64,000 nt of DNA from a virus (taxonomy: Duplodnaviria; Caudoviricetes). Where the stretch lies: the IMG/VR virus record IMGVR_UViG_3300032307_000764, positions 160,001 through 224,000 of that record, one strand, 5' to 3'. A program made the position numbers and the translations under genes. How positions within the stretch are numbered: position 1 is the first letter of the stretch; every line of letters starts with the position of its first letter. The notes under the pieces are model-generated. The model worked only from the letters and a program-made list of their open reading frames with translations. It had not been told where the DNA came from and did not search any database. Of the stretch, positions 36,307 through 45,813 are shown piece after piece.

Positions 36307-36903
36307 ATGAAACACATTAAGCTATTCGAATCCTATCATAATGGTAAGTTGTTATGTTATCATGCAACAGGTAATAAAGGGGGAAACTGGAAAGATATAT
36401 TTCTTGGAAATTTTAAAATAGGAGGAGGCTCTAATTTTGGACCTGGTCTTTATACTTTTTATAATCTGGAGGATCTAAATAGTGACATGGATTGGAGTAG
36501 AGTTCCTGTTATTATCGAGTTTGAAGTTACTAACTATGACGGGTTTTATGTGGAAGTACCAGAGATAGCTGTTAAGATGTTTGGAGAGTATAATATCAAG
36601 AATCAGGTTGATAATATCATGGGTGTAGATTGGGGTAGGAATAATCCTGATTTACTTCAAAAGATTATAGATAGCCCAGAAAGCTTTCCTACTATTGCAA
36701 ATCTTAGTAAATATAGAAGAGAGGATTCTCTTGAGGTAAAGCAAGCTAAGTGGATTTATGGTAGAGAGCTTAAAGGAAGTATTCTCAATAATGTGGATGG
36801 AATTTTTTGCGTGATCCACGATGTGTCATTAGCTTCTCCTAAAAGATTTTCACTTGATGGTGGTAACACATGGAATACAGGTGAGGAGCTTAATAATTTT
36901 TAA
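36307..36903 (+). CDS. Tag protein with ADP-ribosyltransferase-like fold
   Basis: MKHIKLFESY; CYHAT...NFGPGLYTF...VIIEFEV (H-Y type ART pattern). Confidence 0.55.
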   Translation: MKHIKLFESYHNGKLLCYHATGNKGGNWKDIFLGNFKIGGGSNFGPGLYTFYNLEDLNSDMDWSRVPVIIEFEVTNYDGFYVEVPEIAVKMFGEYNIKNQVDNIMGVDWGRNNPDLLQKIIDSPESFPTIANLSKYRREDSLEVKQAKWIYGRELKGSILNNVDGIFCVIHDVSLASPKRFSLDGGNTWNTGEELNNF

Positions 36904-36974
36904 AGTATAAGATACTTAGGGGTTCTTTGAATACCCTACGATTTTCTTGGATATATAATGTGTTAATTAATACT

Positions 36975-37595
36975 ATGATCAATAAGAGAGACTACGAAAG
37001 AATCCACGGAGCTAATCAAGATAGCTCTGAAATAGAGAGAAGATGGTTCCTATTTGAACAAGAGCAAGCAGCTTTAACTCAACAGATGTCATTATCTGGT
37101 GCTGGTGGAGCATCCCCCTTACCTGAGCCAGAGCCAGCTCCTAGCGGGTTACTTATCACATCGGCAGACTTTGTTAGCGGTTCGGTTTTTGATTCAGGAA
37201 CAACAACCGAGTTGGGAACTAATGGTGTTGATGGATTTGAGATCACGTCTGCTGGTTCTAATCAAATGGATGAGGGATACATAGCATACGATCTAACAAC
37301 GGATCTTATTGATAGAATCACTGCTGCATATATAGAGGCTGGTCTAGATCCTACAAGCTCTGAAGGCTATGTTTGGAATGCAACTTGGGGTGCTGGTAGC
37401 ACAATAACAACAGGTCTAATTAAATTTGGCTTTCAAGATAGCACACCTGCGTCTCTCTATATTCAAACAATCGACCCTGCGGATACATCTTGGGAGAATT
37501 CTGGATATGATGGAACCCCCTTGGTTGGTACATTCTTATTCCCGTTAACCATAACCATCTACACGCCTTTAACTGATAAAAATAATTGGTGCTAA
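36975..37595 (+). CDS. Probable structural/late protein
   Basis: GATATATA at 36950; G/S/T-rich beta-type body after a Pro linker. Confidence 0.7.
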   Translation: MINKRDYERIHGANQDSSEIERRWFLFEQEQAALTQQMSLSGAGGASPLPEPEPAPSGLLITSADFVSGSVFDSGTTTELGTNGVDGFEITSAGSNQMDEGYIAYDLTTDLIDRITAAYIEAGLDPTSSEGYVWNATWGAGSTITTGLIKFGFQDSTPASLYIQTIDPADTSWENSGYDGTPLVGTFLFPLTITIYTPLTDKNNWC

Positions 37596-37609
37596 TCATA
37601 TAGAATAAT

Positions 37610-38281
37610 ATGATTGTACATAGACCCGCGAACTCTAGAGGTAATCCTAAAAATAACTGGATAAACTCCTATAGGACATTTAGCTTTCCTGGATACTTTG
37701 ATCCTAAATATAGAAACTTTGGCAACCTGAGAACAATCAACGATGATCGAGTCCAACCAGGAGGCCACGTACCAATTCACGAGCATAGGAACATGGAGAT
37801 CTTTGGTTACGTAGTGGAAGGAGCTTGTAGACACACAGACAGTCATGGAAATGTGTTTGATATTCCAGCAGGTGCAGTTCAAAGAATGAGCACTGGTAGC
37901 GGCATCAGTCATACCGAGGGTAATGCTTCAGAAACTCCAAATAGATATCTCCAGCTTTGGATAGAGCCTAATGTTTTAGATACTGAACCTATTCATGAGT
38001 GGCATCAGTTCACCAGAGAGGATAAGCTAAATAGATTTTGTGATATCACTGAGAAGCTTCCTATAAAACAGGACGCTAGGCTTCTTGCTGGCATATTTAC
38101 CAATGATTATGAATTTGTTTTGGATAATGAGCGTAGATATTATCTATATGTTGTTCTAGGTGATCTTGAGATAAATTCGATACCTTTGATTGAAGGTGAC
38201 GGGTTAAGCTTTGTTGCAGAATCTTTAATTATGATTAAAAATCCCAATAATTGCGAGGTGATACTATTTGATCTTGTCTAA
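37610..38281 (+). CDS. Pirin-family (YhhW-like) cupin protein
   Basis: SYRTFSF..YFDP...GNLRTINDD...HEHRNMEI...HTDSHGN. Confidence 0.9.
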   Translation: MIVHRPANSRGNPKNNWINSYRTFSFPGYFDPKYRNFGNLRTINDDRVQPGGHVPIHEHRNMEIFGYVVEGACRHTDSHGNVFDIPAGAVQRMSTGSGISHTEGNASETPNRYLQLWIEPNVLDTEPIHEWHQFTREDKLNRFCDITEKLPIKQDARLLAGIFTNDYEFVLDNERRYYLYVVLGDLEINSIPLIEGDGLSFVAESLIMIKNPNNCEVILFDLV

Positions 38282-38297
38282 TACTGATATATAAGAT

Positions 38298-39116
38298 ATG
38301 AAACACATTAAGCTATTTGAATCTTTTTCAACTGAAGCTGGCAATAAGCTAAAGCATTTTATATTAGATGGTGCATCTTCCGCAGGTAAAAGCTCAGCCC
38401 TGGTTGATTTAGATTCTTCTTGGTGTGTATTAGCTGTAGACTCTTTTTACAATGTTATGTTTGAAGAATTGGGCATGGAAGATTTTGGTAATAGTGGAAA
38501 GCCAACTATTTCAGAGATCTATCCAGGATGTCCATATAAGTATACTAGTTCAGAAGATTATCCTAATTACGATAAGGCTGCTAGATGGTATATGGCACAA
38601 GAAGCTATGTATGGTAAGATTTTTGAAACTGACCTAAAAGATGCTTCGGGAAATCTATTCGGTAAGCCACACGATAAGAATAAGGTGATATATGATGATG
38701 TTGAGGGAAGGGTGATTGATATGTTTAATGTGGAGGATAAACCAAAATGGTTACTTATCCATGCTCCTATAGATCACACTATTAAGAATGTTCAGAGAAG
38801 AGGTGACAGACCTTTGGATGGTGTTCTTAAGAATTCTTATTGCTTCAAGTACTATGCAAAGCCTATTCAGGGTGGTGTTGACCCAGATAAGTCGTGGACT
38901 GCTGATGAGATAAGATCTTTACTACCGAAGGAAGAATGGGTAGAGATATTTCTAACAAATCTTGGTATATCAGATGAGAATAGAGAATATTGGATTTACA
39001 CTAAACCTCAACCACAAGGCAAATATGATGTGATTATTAACACAAGAGACAGTAGAGGAAATCAAAAGTCTATAGATCAGATTGCAAAAGAGGCTAAAAT
39101 AAAATTCGAGCAGTGA
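38298..39116 (+). CDS. Tag protein with P-loop kinase (chloramphenicol-phosphotransferase-like)
   Basis: MKHIKLFESF; ILDGASSAGKSS, LAVDSF, lid-like NVQRRGDRP. Confidence 0.75.
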   Translation: MKHIKLFESFSTEAGNKLKHFILDGASSAGKSSALVDLDSSWCVLAVDSFYNVMFEELGMEDFGNSGKPTISEIYPGCPYKYTSSEDYPNYDKAARWYMAQEAMYGKIFETDLKDASGNLFGKPHDKNKVIYDDVEGRVIDMFNVEDKPKWLLIHAPIDHTIKNVQRRGDRPLDGVLKNSYCFKYYAKPIQGGVDPDKSWTADEIRSLLPKEEWVEIFLTNLGISDENREYWIYTKPQPQGKYDVIINTRDSRGNQKSIDQIAKEAKIKFEQ

Positions 39117-39130
39117 GACCCTTAAATTAT

Positions 39131-39691
39131 TTAGATAGATTTTAATCTATCTATTGGAAAGTTATCAACTGAATACTTAGTTACAATAGCATTAGAATTA
39201 GTTAGTCCTTGCATTGCGTCATTGTATATGTCTGTGATGTCTGTTGTTTTTGTAATAATCATTCCTGCATCCTGAGCTTTCTTCATTATGAAGTGATTGT
39301 ATATTCTTGATCTTCTATCGTCACCTAATGTTTCGGATTTAGCAACGACTATGATAGATCTTAAATTTCCACCTTTACTTCTTTCTTTAGCCCATTCCTT
39401 TACCGCCCACCATACACTTCCCATAACATCTTGCATGTTGTTTCTACCTGTTAAGGCGTCAGAATATTCGGTATCAGTAATTTCAGATTTAGACGAGAAA
39501 TGTATTTCTAATGTTACTGTGTTGTCTTCCCATCTTCTTACCATGATAAAGACCTTGTATATAGCACCATCGATTTCAAATTCGTAGGTCATATCCTCGT
39601 CCCTTGCGGGAATTCTTTTTATGACACGGAGATCTGGGATTGTGTCCCACATCTCATTAATAAATTGTGAATATCTAAATATCTTTTTCAT
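39131..39691 (-). CDS. Tag protein MKKIFRYSQFINE
   Basis: ATG 39691 directly after a minus-strand GATATATA (39697-39704). Confidence 0.75.
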   Translation of the reverse strand: MKKIFRYSQFINEMWDTIPDLRVIKRIPARDEDMTYEFEIDGAIYKVFIMVRRWEDNTVTLEIHFSSKSEITDTEYSDALTGRNNMQDVMGSVWWAVKEWAKERSKGGNLRSIIVVAKSETLGDDRRSRIYNHFIMKKAQDAGMIITKTTDITDIYNDAMQGLTNSNAIVTKYSVDNFPIDRLKSI

Positions 39692-39722
39692 CCTATTATA
39701 TATCTTTCGTGATATATAAGAC

Positions 39723-40163
39723 ATGATATTAGATTACGACAAATTTATACTCGAGAAAAATAATCCTTGTTGGAAAGGTTACAAGCAGATTGGAACCAAG
39801 GATAAAAACGGTAGGCCCGTTCCCAATTGTGTAAAAGAAAATTCTGAAGTAAGCGAGAAAAAAGAAACCCATCAGGAATTTGCGGAAAACAGATTAGCTG
39901 GAGCAGCAAAAATATCTAAGGCAGCAAAAGAGAAAGGCGGAGATGCTTTATTGACATATCACCATTTCCATGTTAAACTTCCATACTATCAGAAAAGTGT
40001 AGACGGTGAATTGGATATGCAGATGGTTAAGGAAGAATATGATGATCTATTAACTGATCTTTACGAAGCAACCAGAAACTCTATGAATATCACTCAAGTT
40101 GAATTCCAAGAGCTTGTTGGTAAGATAGAGGTTCTTGGAGAACTTTTAATCGAAAACAAATGA
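39723..40163 (+). CDS. Tag protein with PCWKGY...VPNCV motif
   Basis: MILDYDKFILE; motif also seen in T4-like phage proteins. Confidence 0.75.
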   Translation: MILDYDKFILEKNNPCWKGYKQIGTKDKNGRPVPNCVKENSEVSEKKETHQEFAENRLAGAAKISKAAKEKGGDALLTYHHFHVKLPYYQKSVDGELDMQMVKEEYDDLLTDLYEATRNSMNITQVEFQELVGKIEVLGELLIENK

Positions 40164-40171
40164 TATACACT

Positions 40172-40828
40172 ATGAGACATATTAAATCGAGGAGTCAATT
40201 TGTAAACGAGCAGCTATTCCAAGACGCTAATAGATATGCTAAGTTAATATTAGGAGATGACTCCAAAGGAAAAGATGGAACAGGAGGTGGAAACGAAACA
40301 CCTACTGGGCCGGTGGTTAATTCTAGAGATGATGAGAACAGCTGTCCTAATAATAACTGTTGGGCTCATTTCGGTAAGGAGGCTTTCTGGAATGGTTCTA
40401 GTAAGATTAATGGTAAGACAGTGCCTAAGATCGTTATTAATAAAACAGCGAATTCTTTTAATATAAGTTATGAAGGAGCTGCTTCTGGCTTCCTTCTTAA
40501 GCATGGTAAGGGTGGTAAGGATGATACTATCCACCAATTGTTAAATGTACTAACTGCTGAAATTAATCCGTATCTTAAAGAGAATAAATTTAAGCCGGAT
40601 GTGAAGGCTATTAAAATGAATATGTCCGGTAAGAAACTTTCAATATCTGTTCCTTTGCTTAAAATCAATGATGCTAACAAGTATTATGTATTGGATAGAA
40701 GAGGTGGATTAGGACATGCTGGGGATTACAGTGATCTTGAAAAATATAGGGGTAAAGAAGGTTACGAAGAAGCTATACAAAAATCGGGAAATCTCACTGA
40801 GAAATTTGTAACTTTCGTTAATGGATGA
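40172..40828 (+). CDS. Tag protein MRHIKSRSQFVNE
   Basis: GATATACA box at 40162; Gly-rich linker. Confidence 0.75.
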   Translation: MRHIKSRSQFVNEQLFQDANRYAKLILGDDSKGKDGTGGGNETPTGPVVNSRDDENSCPNNNCWAHFGKEAFWNGSSKINGKTVPKIVINKTANSFNISYEGAASGFLLKHGKGGKDDTIHQLLNVLTAEINPYLKENKFKPDVKAIKMNMSGKKLSISVPLLKINDANKYYVLDRRGGLGHAGDYSDLEKYRGKEGYEEAIQKSGNLTEKFVTFVNG

Positions 40829-41105
40829 TCAAACTATTAATCTTGGTATAATCGAGATCATTTTTTTAGATGGAGAATCTAGAAAAGACGAACTTAGTTC
40901 GGTTAAGATGAGTGATTGGAGATTACCTACTGAGGCTGAAATTGAATACATCTCAGATATTTATATAGAATATAATATCGTAGGACAGCCGGGATGGTAC
41001 TGGACTAACACTGGATTTCTTTATGAGCTAGACACCAAACATTCCTTTCTCGTAGTTCACGAGGACAAAGAATCAGGGAGGGTTATATTAGTTAAAGACC
41101 TCTAA
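40821..41105 (+). CDS. DUF1566/Lcl-like small protein
   Basis: WRLPTEAEI...WYWT...VILVKDL. Confidence 0.7.
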   Translation: MDDQTINLGIIEIIFLDGESRKDELSSVKMSDWRLPTEAEIEYISDIYIEYNIVGQPGWYWTNTGFLYELDTKHSFLVVHEDKESGRVILVKDL

Positions 41106-41124
41106 AATCTAAGATATATAACAT

Positions 41125-42747
41125 ATGTCAACATCAAGACCTTTCGCATATAATACTGGTGCTCCTATACCTGGAACAGAACAAGTAGGAGATTTAGCTA
41201 TTGGATTACCCACAAATGGATTTGAATCTACTGGATTGGCATGGTGGAACGGACCTGACGAGGATTTGGGATATGTTATAGCTAAAGTAAATTCTGGTGG
41301 AAATCAACCTACACCTGTACCAGAAGATGCTCTTATATTAAGTCCAACATATAAAGGTGCGGGTATTTCTTTAAGTAATAACAATCAAACTGCTACACAG
41401 GCATTCAGTTATTCGCAATCTGTATTAAGTGATGTTAGTATAGATACCTATAATAAAGTGATGTTTAGTGTTATTTACACCTCAACCAATCCTAGTATTG
41501 GTGTTGGTACCCGTACTATAGGATTAGGTAATACATCAATGAATTATTCTGGTCCCTTTAATGGGTATCCGGGAAATGACGGTAACAGTGTAGGTTTCTC
41601 AGACGATGGAAATTATTACTATAACGGAACTGCTGTGTTAACGGGTTTACCGACGTGGACTAGTGGTGACATTATAGATATTGCTATCGATAATGATAAT
41701 GCTTATTGCTGGATTAGAGTAAATGGTGGTAGTTGGAATGGACAATCTCCATCACCCGCGGGTATAGGAGCGTCTCTTTATTCTGTGGGTGTTATTCGTG
41801 CATGCTTAAATCCTTCTACCTACGGAACAATGAAGATTTTAAACTATCCAGTATACGGAAGACCTGTGGGGTACGACTTTCTTGGAAATGTTACTGCTTC
41901 GGTTGCATTTAGTAGATCTACTCAATTAACTCAAAGTTCTTTTATTTTATTGGCTAATTCTATAGGTAACCAAGTATTTGCTAGCGGAGCTGCTGCTAAG
42001 ACTTGGCTTAATAATAACGGATATTGGACTAGCTGGGAGGACGTATTGCCTATATTCTCGCTAGATGCTGGTGATGTAAATAGTTATCCAGGATCTGGAA
42101 CTACTTGGACAGATACAGTCGGTGGTTTGACTTTTAGTTTAGAGAATGGTCAATCTATAGGTAACAATTCAGGACCAATTTATGACCCAAATAATGGTGG
42201 TAGTATATACTTCGCTACTATGAATGGTGTTGGTGGCAGTGATTATGCTGAGTGTTTGACAAGTTTACCAAGTTTACCAACATTTACCGTATCGGTTTGG
42301 ATAAGATGGATGGGTACGGTAAATAGTTTGCCTGCGATTATTACAGAAATACAATCAGGCAGTGGTCCAATAAATTATAAGATAGGTAAAATAGTTCCAT
42401 CTTCAGCAGACATAGCAGCAGGTTATCGTAGTAATGGATCTTGGAGAAATACCACTACATTACCTAATAGTATTGACTATAATCAAGTTTGGTTTAATGT
42501 ATTAATGACAGTTGATTCTCAACAGAATCTTAAACTATATTTAAACAACAATCTAATACAGTCAGTAACATTTACTGGAGAAATACCATCATCATCTGGT
42601 CAAGGTATAAGATTAATGAAGAACCACGGAAATCTTGAAGAAAACACCGCTGGATATTTAGCCAAGGTAGATATTTATGATAAAGCATTGAATTCTGTTG
42701 AAATATCAGATATATGGGATTTAAACAGAAATAGATTTGGGCTCTAA
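41125..42747 (+). CDS. Virion appendage-like protein: N-terminal anchor, SPRY-like and LamG lectin domains
   Basis: SGDIIDIAIDNDN..WIRVNG (SPRY-like); LDAGDVNSYPGSGTTW...KALNSVEI...RFGL (LamG-like). Confidence 0.75.
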   Translation: MSTSRPFAYNTGAPIPGTEQVGDLAIGLPTNGFESTGLAWWNGPDEDLGYVIAKVNSGGNQPTPVPEDALILSPTYKGAGISLSNNNQTATQAFSYSQSVLSDVSIDTYNKVMFSVIYTSTNPSIGVGTRTIGLGNTSMNYSGPFNGYPGNDGNSVGFSDDGNYYYNGTAVLTGLPTWTSGDIIDIAIDNDNAYCWIRVNGGSWNGQSPSPAGIGASLYSVGVIRACLNPSTYGTMKILNYPVYGRPVGYDFLGNVTASVAFSRSTQLTQSSFILLANSIGNQVFASGAAAKTWLNNNGYWTSWEDVLPIFSLDAGDVNSYPGSGTTWTDTVGGLTFSLENGQSIGNNSGPIYDPNNGGSIYFATMNGVGGSDYAECLTSLPSLPTFTVSVWIRWMGTVNSLPAIITEIQSGSGPINYKIGKIVPSSADIAAGYRSNGSWRNTTTLPNSIDYNQVWFNVLMTVDSQQNLKLYLNNNLIQSVTFTGEIPSSSGQGIRLMKNHGNLEENTAGYLAKVDIYDKALNSVEISDIWDLNRNRFGL

Positions 42748-42845
42748 GCGATTAAATAAATTCAAATTATGAAAAATAAAGTACCGACTATTGTTTATGT
42801 TATCCTATGGTTTATATTTATAGGAACTGTAGCATACATTTTTGG

Positions 42846-43295
42846 CTAATCTATACATCTTATAGATAAAAGATTTTTTCTGTATTCATCTGATAGTAAT
42901 GATGATCCCTCTATTAAAAATCCTAAATATTCTTTAGTTGGAAAAATTCCTTCAACTATATGGTTTTCTTGTGCAATATAGGTTATACATTCGGTGGGAT
43001 TTCCTTTAACCATTACTTCTATTTTTTCTCTTCTGTAATGATTAGGAGCTCCTTCGAATTTATCTAATTTTTCTAGGTCGCTTTCGGGTATACTAAAAAC
43101 TATACCTTCTACTACCTCCCCTTCAATTTTCTCTATGTTTGCAAAAGCCCAATCACCTTTTGATGCTTTTTTGTTGAATTTTAATTTCCATCCTTTAAGA
43201 ATCCCAACTGATCCTGATAAAGGGCTTAGACCTCTTTGGATAATCCTAGGAACACTCATGTTAGATCCGTATGCGAAGTAGTTTATCATTTTCAT
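42846..43295 (-). CDS. Gamma-glutamylcyclotransferase (GGCT/AIG2-like)
   Basis: YFAYGSNM, VEGIVF, LDKFEG, Y.R. Confidence 0.85.
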   Translation of the reverse strand: MKMINYFAYGSNMSVPRIIQRGLSPLSGSVGILKGWKLKFNKKASKGDWAFANIEKIEGEVVEGIVFSIPESDLEKLDKFEGAPNHYRREKIEVMVKGNPTECITYIAQENHIVEGIFPTKEYLGFLIEGSSLLSDEYRKNLLSIRCID

Positions 43296-44302
43296 AATCC
43301 GAATCTTGATTTTTGTGAATTGAAATTCTGTAGTATCTCTGAATCTGACAAAGCAACATCATATATTAAAGCCTGTGCCATCTTTGCTGCTAAATATTCG
43401 TTGCTATATGTTTTTGCTATCTGTATATTACTATTGGTAACATTGTGTCCAGTAGGTGTATCAGATCCTATGGATACCCCGTTGACAAATAAACTTCTAA
43501 CTGTTCCGTCGAATTTTGCAACAACATTTACCCATGAATTTGGATTTGCCAATGAACTGTTTGCTGTTAGATCATTTCCCCACCAATAGTGTATAATTTG
43601 ATTAGTAGTGCCCGTTCGTAATGCGTTTGATTGATTACCCACTCCAAATGACCCAATACTCATAATTCCTTGTGCTGACCATACAGAATCTAAGCCAACC
43701 CAAGCACTTAGTGTATATGGTGAGTTACCTATGGGTATGTTATTTCCGTTTAATTTACTGAACCATCCATTACCCCCGATCGAAAAGTAAGATGCTCCTC
43801 CTTGTGTCCATGCTATATTTCCAGAATTTTGCATTGTTACATCATTACCGTTCCCACTAAGATCGTACCATATTGTGTCTGTTCCTGGGTAGCTAGATGG
43901 ATCTCCTGCATCTAGATATAATCGTAATCCTGTTGTTATTACATTTGGAGTATAAGAAGTCCAGTATCCATTTGTATCTAACCAGTCTAGTGCATTTTGA
44001 ATGTCTCCTTGTGATATACCACTTATACGATTGACAAGCTTTATAAATGCTGAATCATTCTTGTTGCTTTTTTTAAAAAATACAGTGCCTATATTTCCTA
44101 ATGGTGTTGGCCTGTCTCCAGCAGGATAATCCTTTGCTATAATGTACTTAAGATCCTCGTCTGGTCCCATCCACCATGTTAATCCTCCAGGATTGCTGCT
44201 ATAATCTAGATCGTCATCACCAATACATAATGTTCCTATATTGGTAGTTCCAGCTATGACTGATTGTGTTGGATTATACGCGAATGGTCTAGTAGTTGCC
44301 AT
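43292..44302 (-). CDS. LamG lectin-domain protein, paralog of 41125
   Basis: RPFAYN...WWMGPDEDL; LDAGDPSSYPG...WYDLSGNGN...YDVALSDSEI. Confidence 0.8.
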   Translation of the reverse strand: MATTRPFAYNPTQSVIAGTTNIGTLCIGDDDLDYSSNPGGLTWWMGPDEDLKYIIAKDYPAGDRPTPLGNIGTVFFKKSNKNDSAFIKLVNRISGISQGDIQNALDWLDTNGYWTSYTPNVITTGLRLYLDAGDPSSYPGTDTIWYDLSGNGNDVTMQNSGNIAWTQGGASYFSIGGNGWFSKLNGNNIPIGNSPYTLSAWVGLDSVWSAQGIMSIGSFGVGNQSNALRTGTTNQIIHYWWGNDLTANSSLANPNSWVNVVAKFDGTVRSLFVNGVSIGSDTPTGHNVTNSNIQIAKTYSNEYLAAKMAQALIYDVALSDSEILQNFNSQKSRFGL

Positions 44303-44353
44303 GTATTATATATCCCTTAAATTATCTCTCGTTTATTTAGAAAAATTTTAATT

Positions 44354-44578
44354 TTGTGTTCTATGGAAAGAAGAGGTAAAGCGAATTTAAAGTATAAGGA
44401 GGGAGATATTATTGTTTTCACGGATAAAGCACCCGAGTGGGTAAAAAGAACTTATATTCCTGGTGCTAGGGGAATAGTTACTAAGTACAAGGATAAATCC
44501 TATCTTATTATGATGGAGGATTCTAAGGAAAAAATATATCTAAGAGTCGATCAAATACAAAAATGTGTGACTTTATAG
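44354..44578 (+). CDS. Small SH3/KOW-like hypothetical protein
   Basis: YKEGDIIVF...RGIVTK; start probably ATG 44363. Confidence 0.55.
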   Translation: MCSMERRGKANLKYKEGDIIVFTDKAPEWVKRTYIPGARGIVTKYKDKSYLIMMEDSKEKIYLRVDQIQKCVTL

Positions 44579-44591
44579 GAATATATAATGT

Positions 44592-44933
44592 ATGAAGGAA
44601 CTGGTAATGTTTAATGTTACTAAAGATGACTATTTCAAATTTATAGTCAACTTCGGTATTGTTCCTACTCTCATATTATTAGAAAAATTTGAGAAACTAG
44701 AATTTTACGAGGAGTGCTCTAAGATAGTTAAAGCTATAGATGCAGTAAACAAGAAGGTAAAGGTTTATAAAGAGACAAGACTCACTGATAGTTTATTAAA
44801 CGAGGTTATAGATGACTATAGAAAACTTGGCCTCGAGTACATGGATCGTGAAAAACTAATGGAAAGATGCGAGAGATACGCTTCTATGTTTCTATCTGAG
44901 AATTCTTACATTAAATATAGACAGTTAGCATGA
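44592..44933 (+). CDS. Hypothetical protein
   Basis: 113 aa; AATATATA box upstream. Confidence 0.7.
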   Translation: MKELVMFNVTKDDYFKFIVNFGIVPTLILLEKFEKLEFYEECSKIVKAIDAVNKKVKVYKETRLTDSLLNEVIDDYRKLGLEYMDREKLMERCERYASMFLSENSYIKYRQLA

Positions 44934-45235
44934 GATTTGGTAATATAGAAATTTCTGATAAAAGATTCCGCGACATCACTTTTAGGAACGCTAAAAAAGC
45001 ATGCGAAATTCTTGGCGATGCATGGCGTTTGCCTACTGAGTTAGAACTAGACGCATTATTTTATTTTTTAAATGAATTAGGTCCTGACAGGAGAGTTGGA
45101 CAATTTGTAAAAGATGATAAGCCGGTTTTATACTGGACTGATGAGGGTTCAATAATTGATGATACTGGAAGTACCTATCGTATTATGCCTTCCTTCCTTT
45201 CTGATGTCTGTTCTATAATGGTAAGAGACATTTAA
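44930..45235 (+). CDS. DUF1566/Lcl-like small protein
   Basis: WRLPTELEL...LYWTD...IMVRDI. Confidence 0.7.
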   Translation: MRFGNIEISDKRFRDITFRNAKKACEILGDAWRLPTELELDALFYFLNELGPDRRVGQFVKDDKPVLYWTDEGSIIDDTGSTYRIMPSFLSDVCSIMVRDI

Positions 45236-45288
45236 GGAAATCTTTTTTTTTATCTATAGTATAAACTTATATTTGTAGAAAATTAAAT

Positions 45289-45660
45289 ATGAGTTTCGAT
45301 TTTTATCCGGATGATATAGTATGCAGATTCTTAGGAATGAGAGAATCTCAGATTGGATATTTTTACGATGCCAAGTTAAAAACTTTAATCGTTGGAAGAA
45401 TCAAGGACGGGAAACTCAAAGGAAGAGTTATACATAACGGACGTACTCAGAAAGATTTTGATGAAGGAAGATACTTTAGTGCATGGAGCATGGGATATTC
45501 CTATTCTGACTGGGATAAACACGATTTCATATACGTTGGTAAAAAAATAAATTACACCTCGTTAAAGGGATATTTTGAATTTATCGACCAAGCTGATCTT
45601 GAATCTATAAAAGCATATTTTAAAGCTAAAGAGTTATTAAAAGATATTAATCAGATATGA
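45289..45660 (+). CDS. Hypothetical protein
   Basis: 123 aa; early-type promoter upstream. Confidence 0.7.
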   Translation: MSFDFYPDDIVCRFLGMRESQIGYFYDAKLKTLIVGRIKDGKLKGRVIHNGRTQKDFDEGRYFSAWSMGYSYSDWDKHDFIYVGKKINYTSLKGYFEFIDQADLESIKAYFKAKELLKDINQI

Positions 45661-45813
45661 GTAAAATATTTTTGTCCTTTCTGTTAAATCGAACTAGTGG
45701 TGTTCCATCCAGGGAATGTTAAAGAATTAATTCAGGAATATAAAAAATAATTTCGGGAATCATTTTTTTCTATGTATAGTTATTTCTACATTTGAATTAT
45801 AAATTTAAACGTC

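Noticed and set aside
37512-37520. GGAACCCC box outside the island
   Set aside because: It lies in a coding region (G-T-P codons), with no terminator 41 nt upstream; treated as chance.
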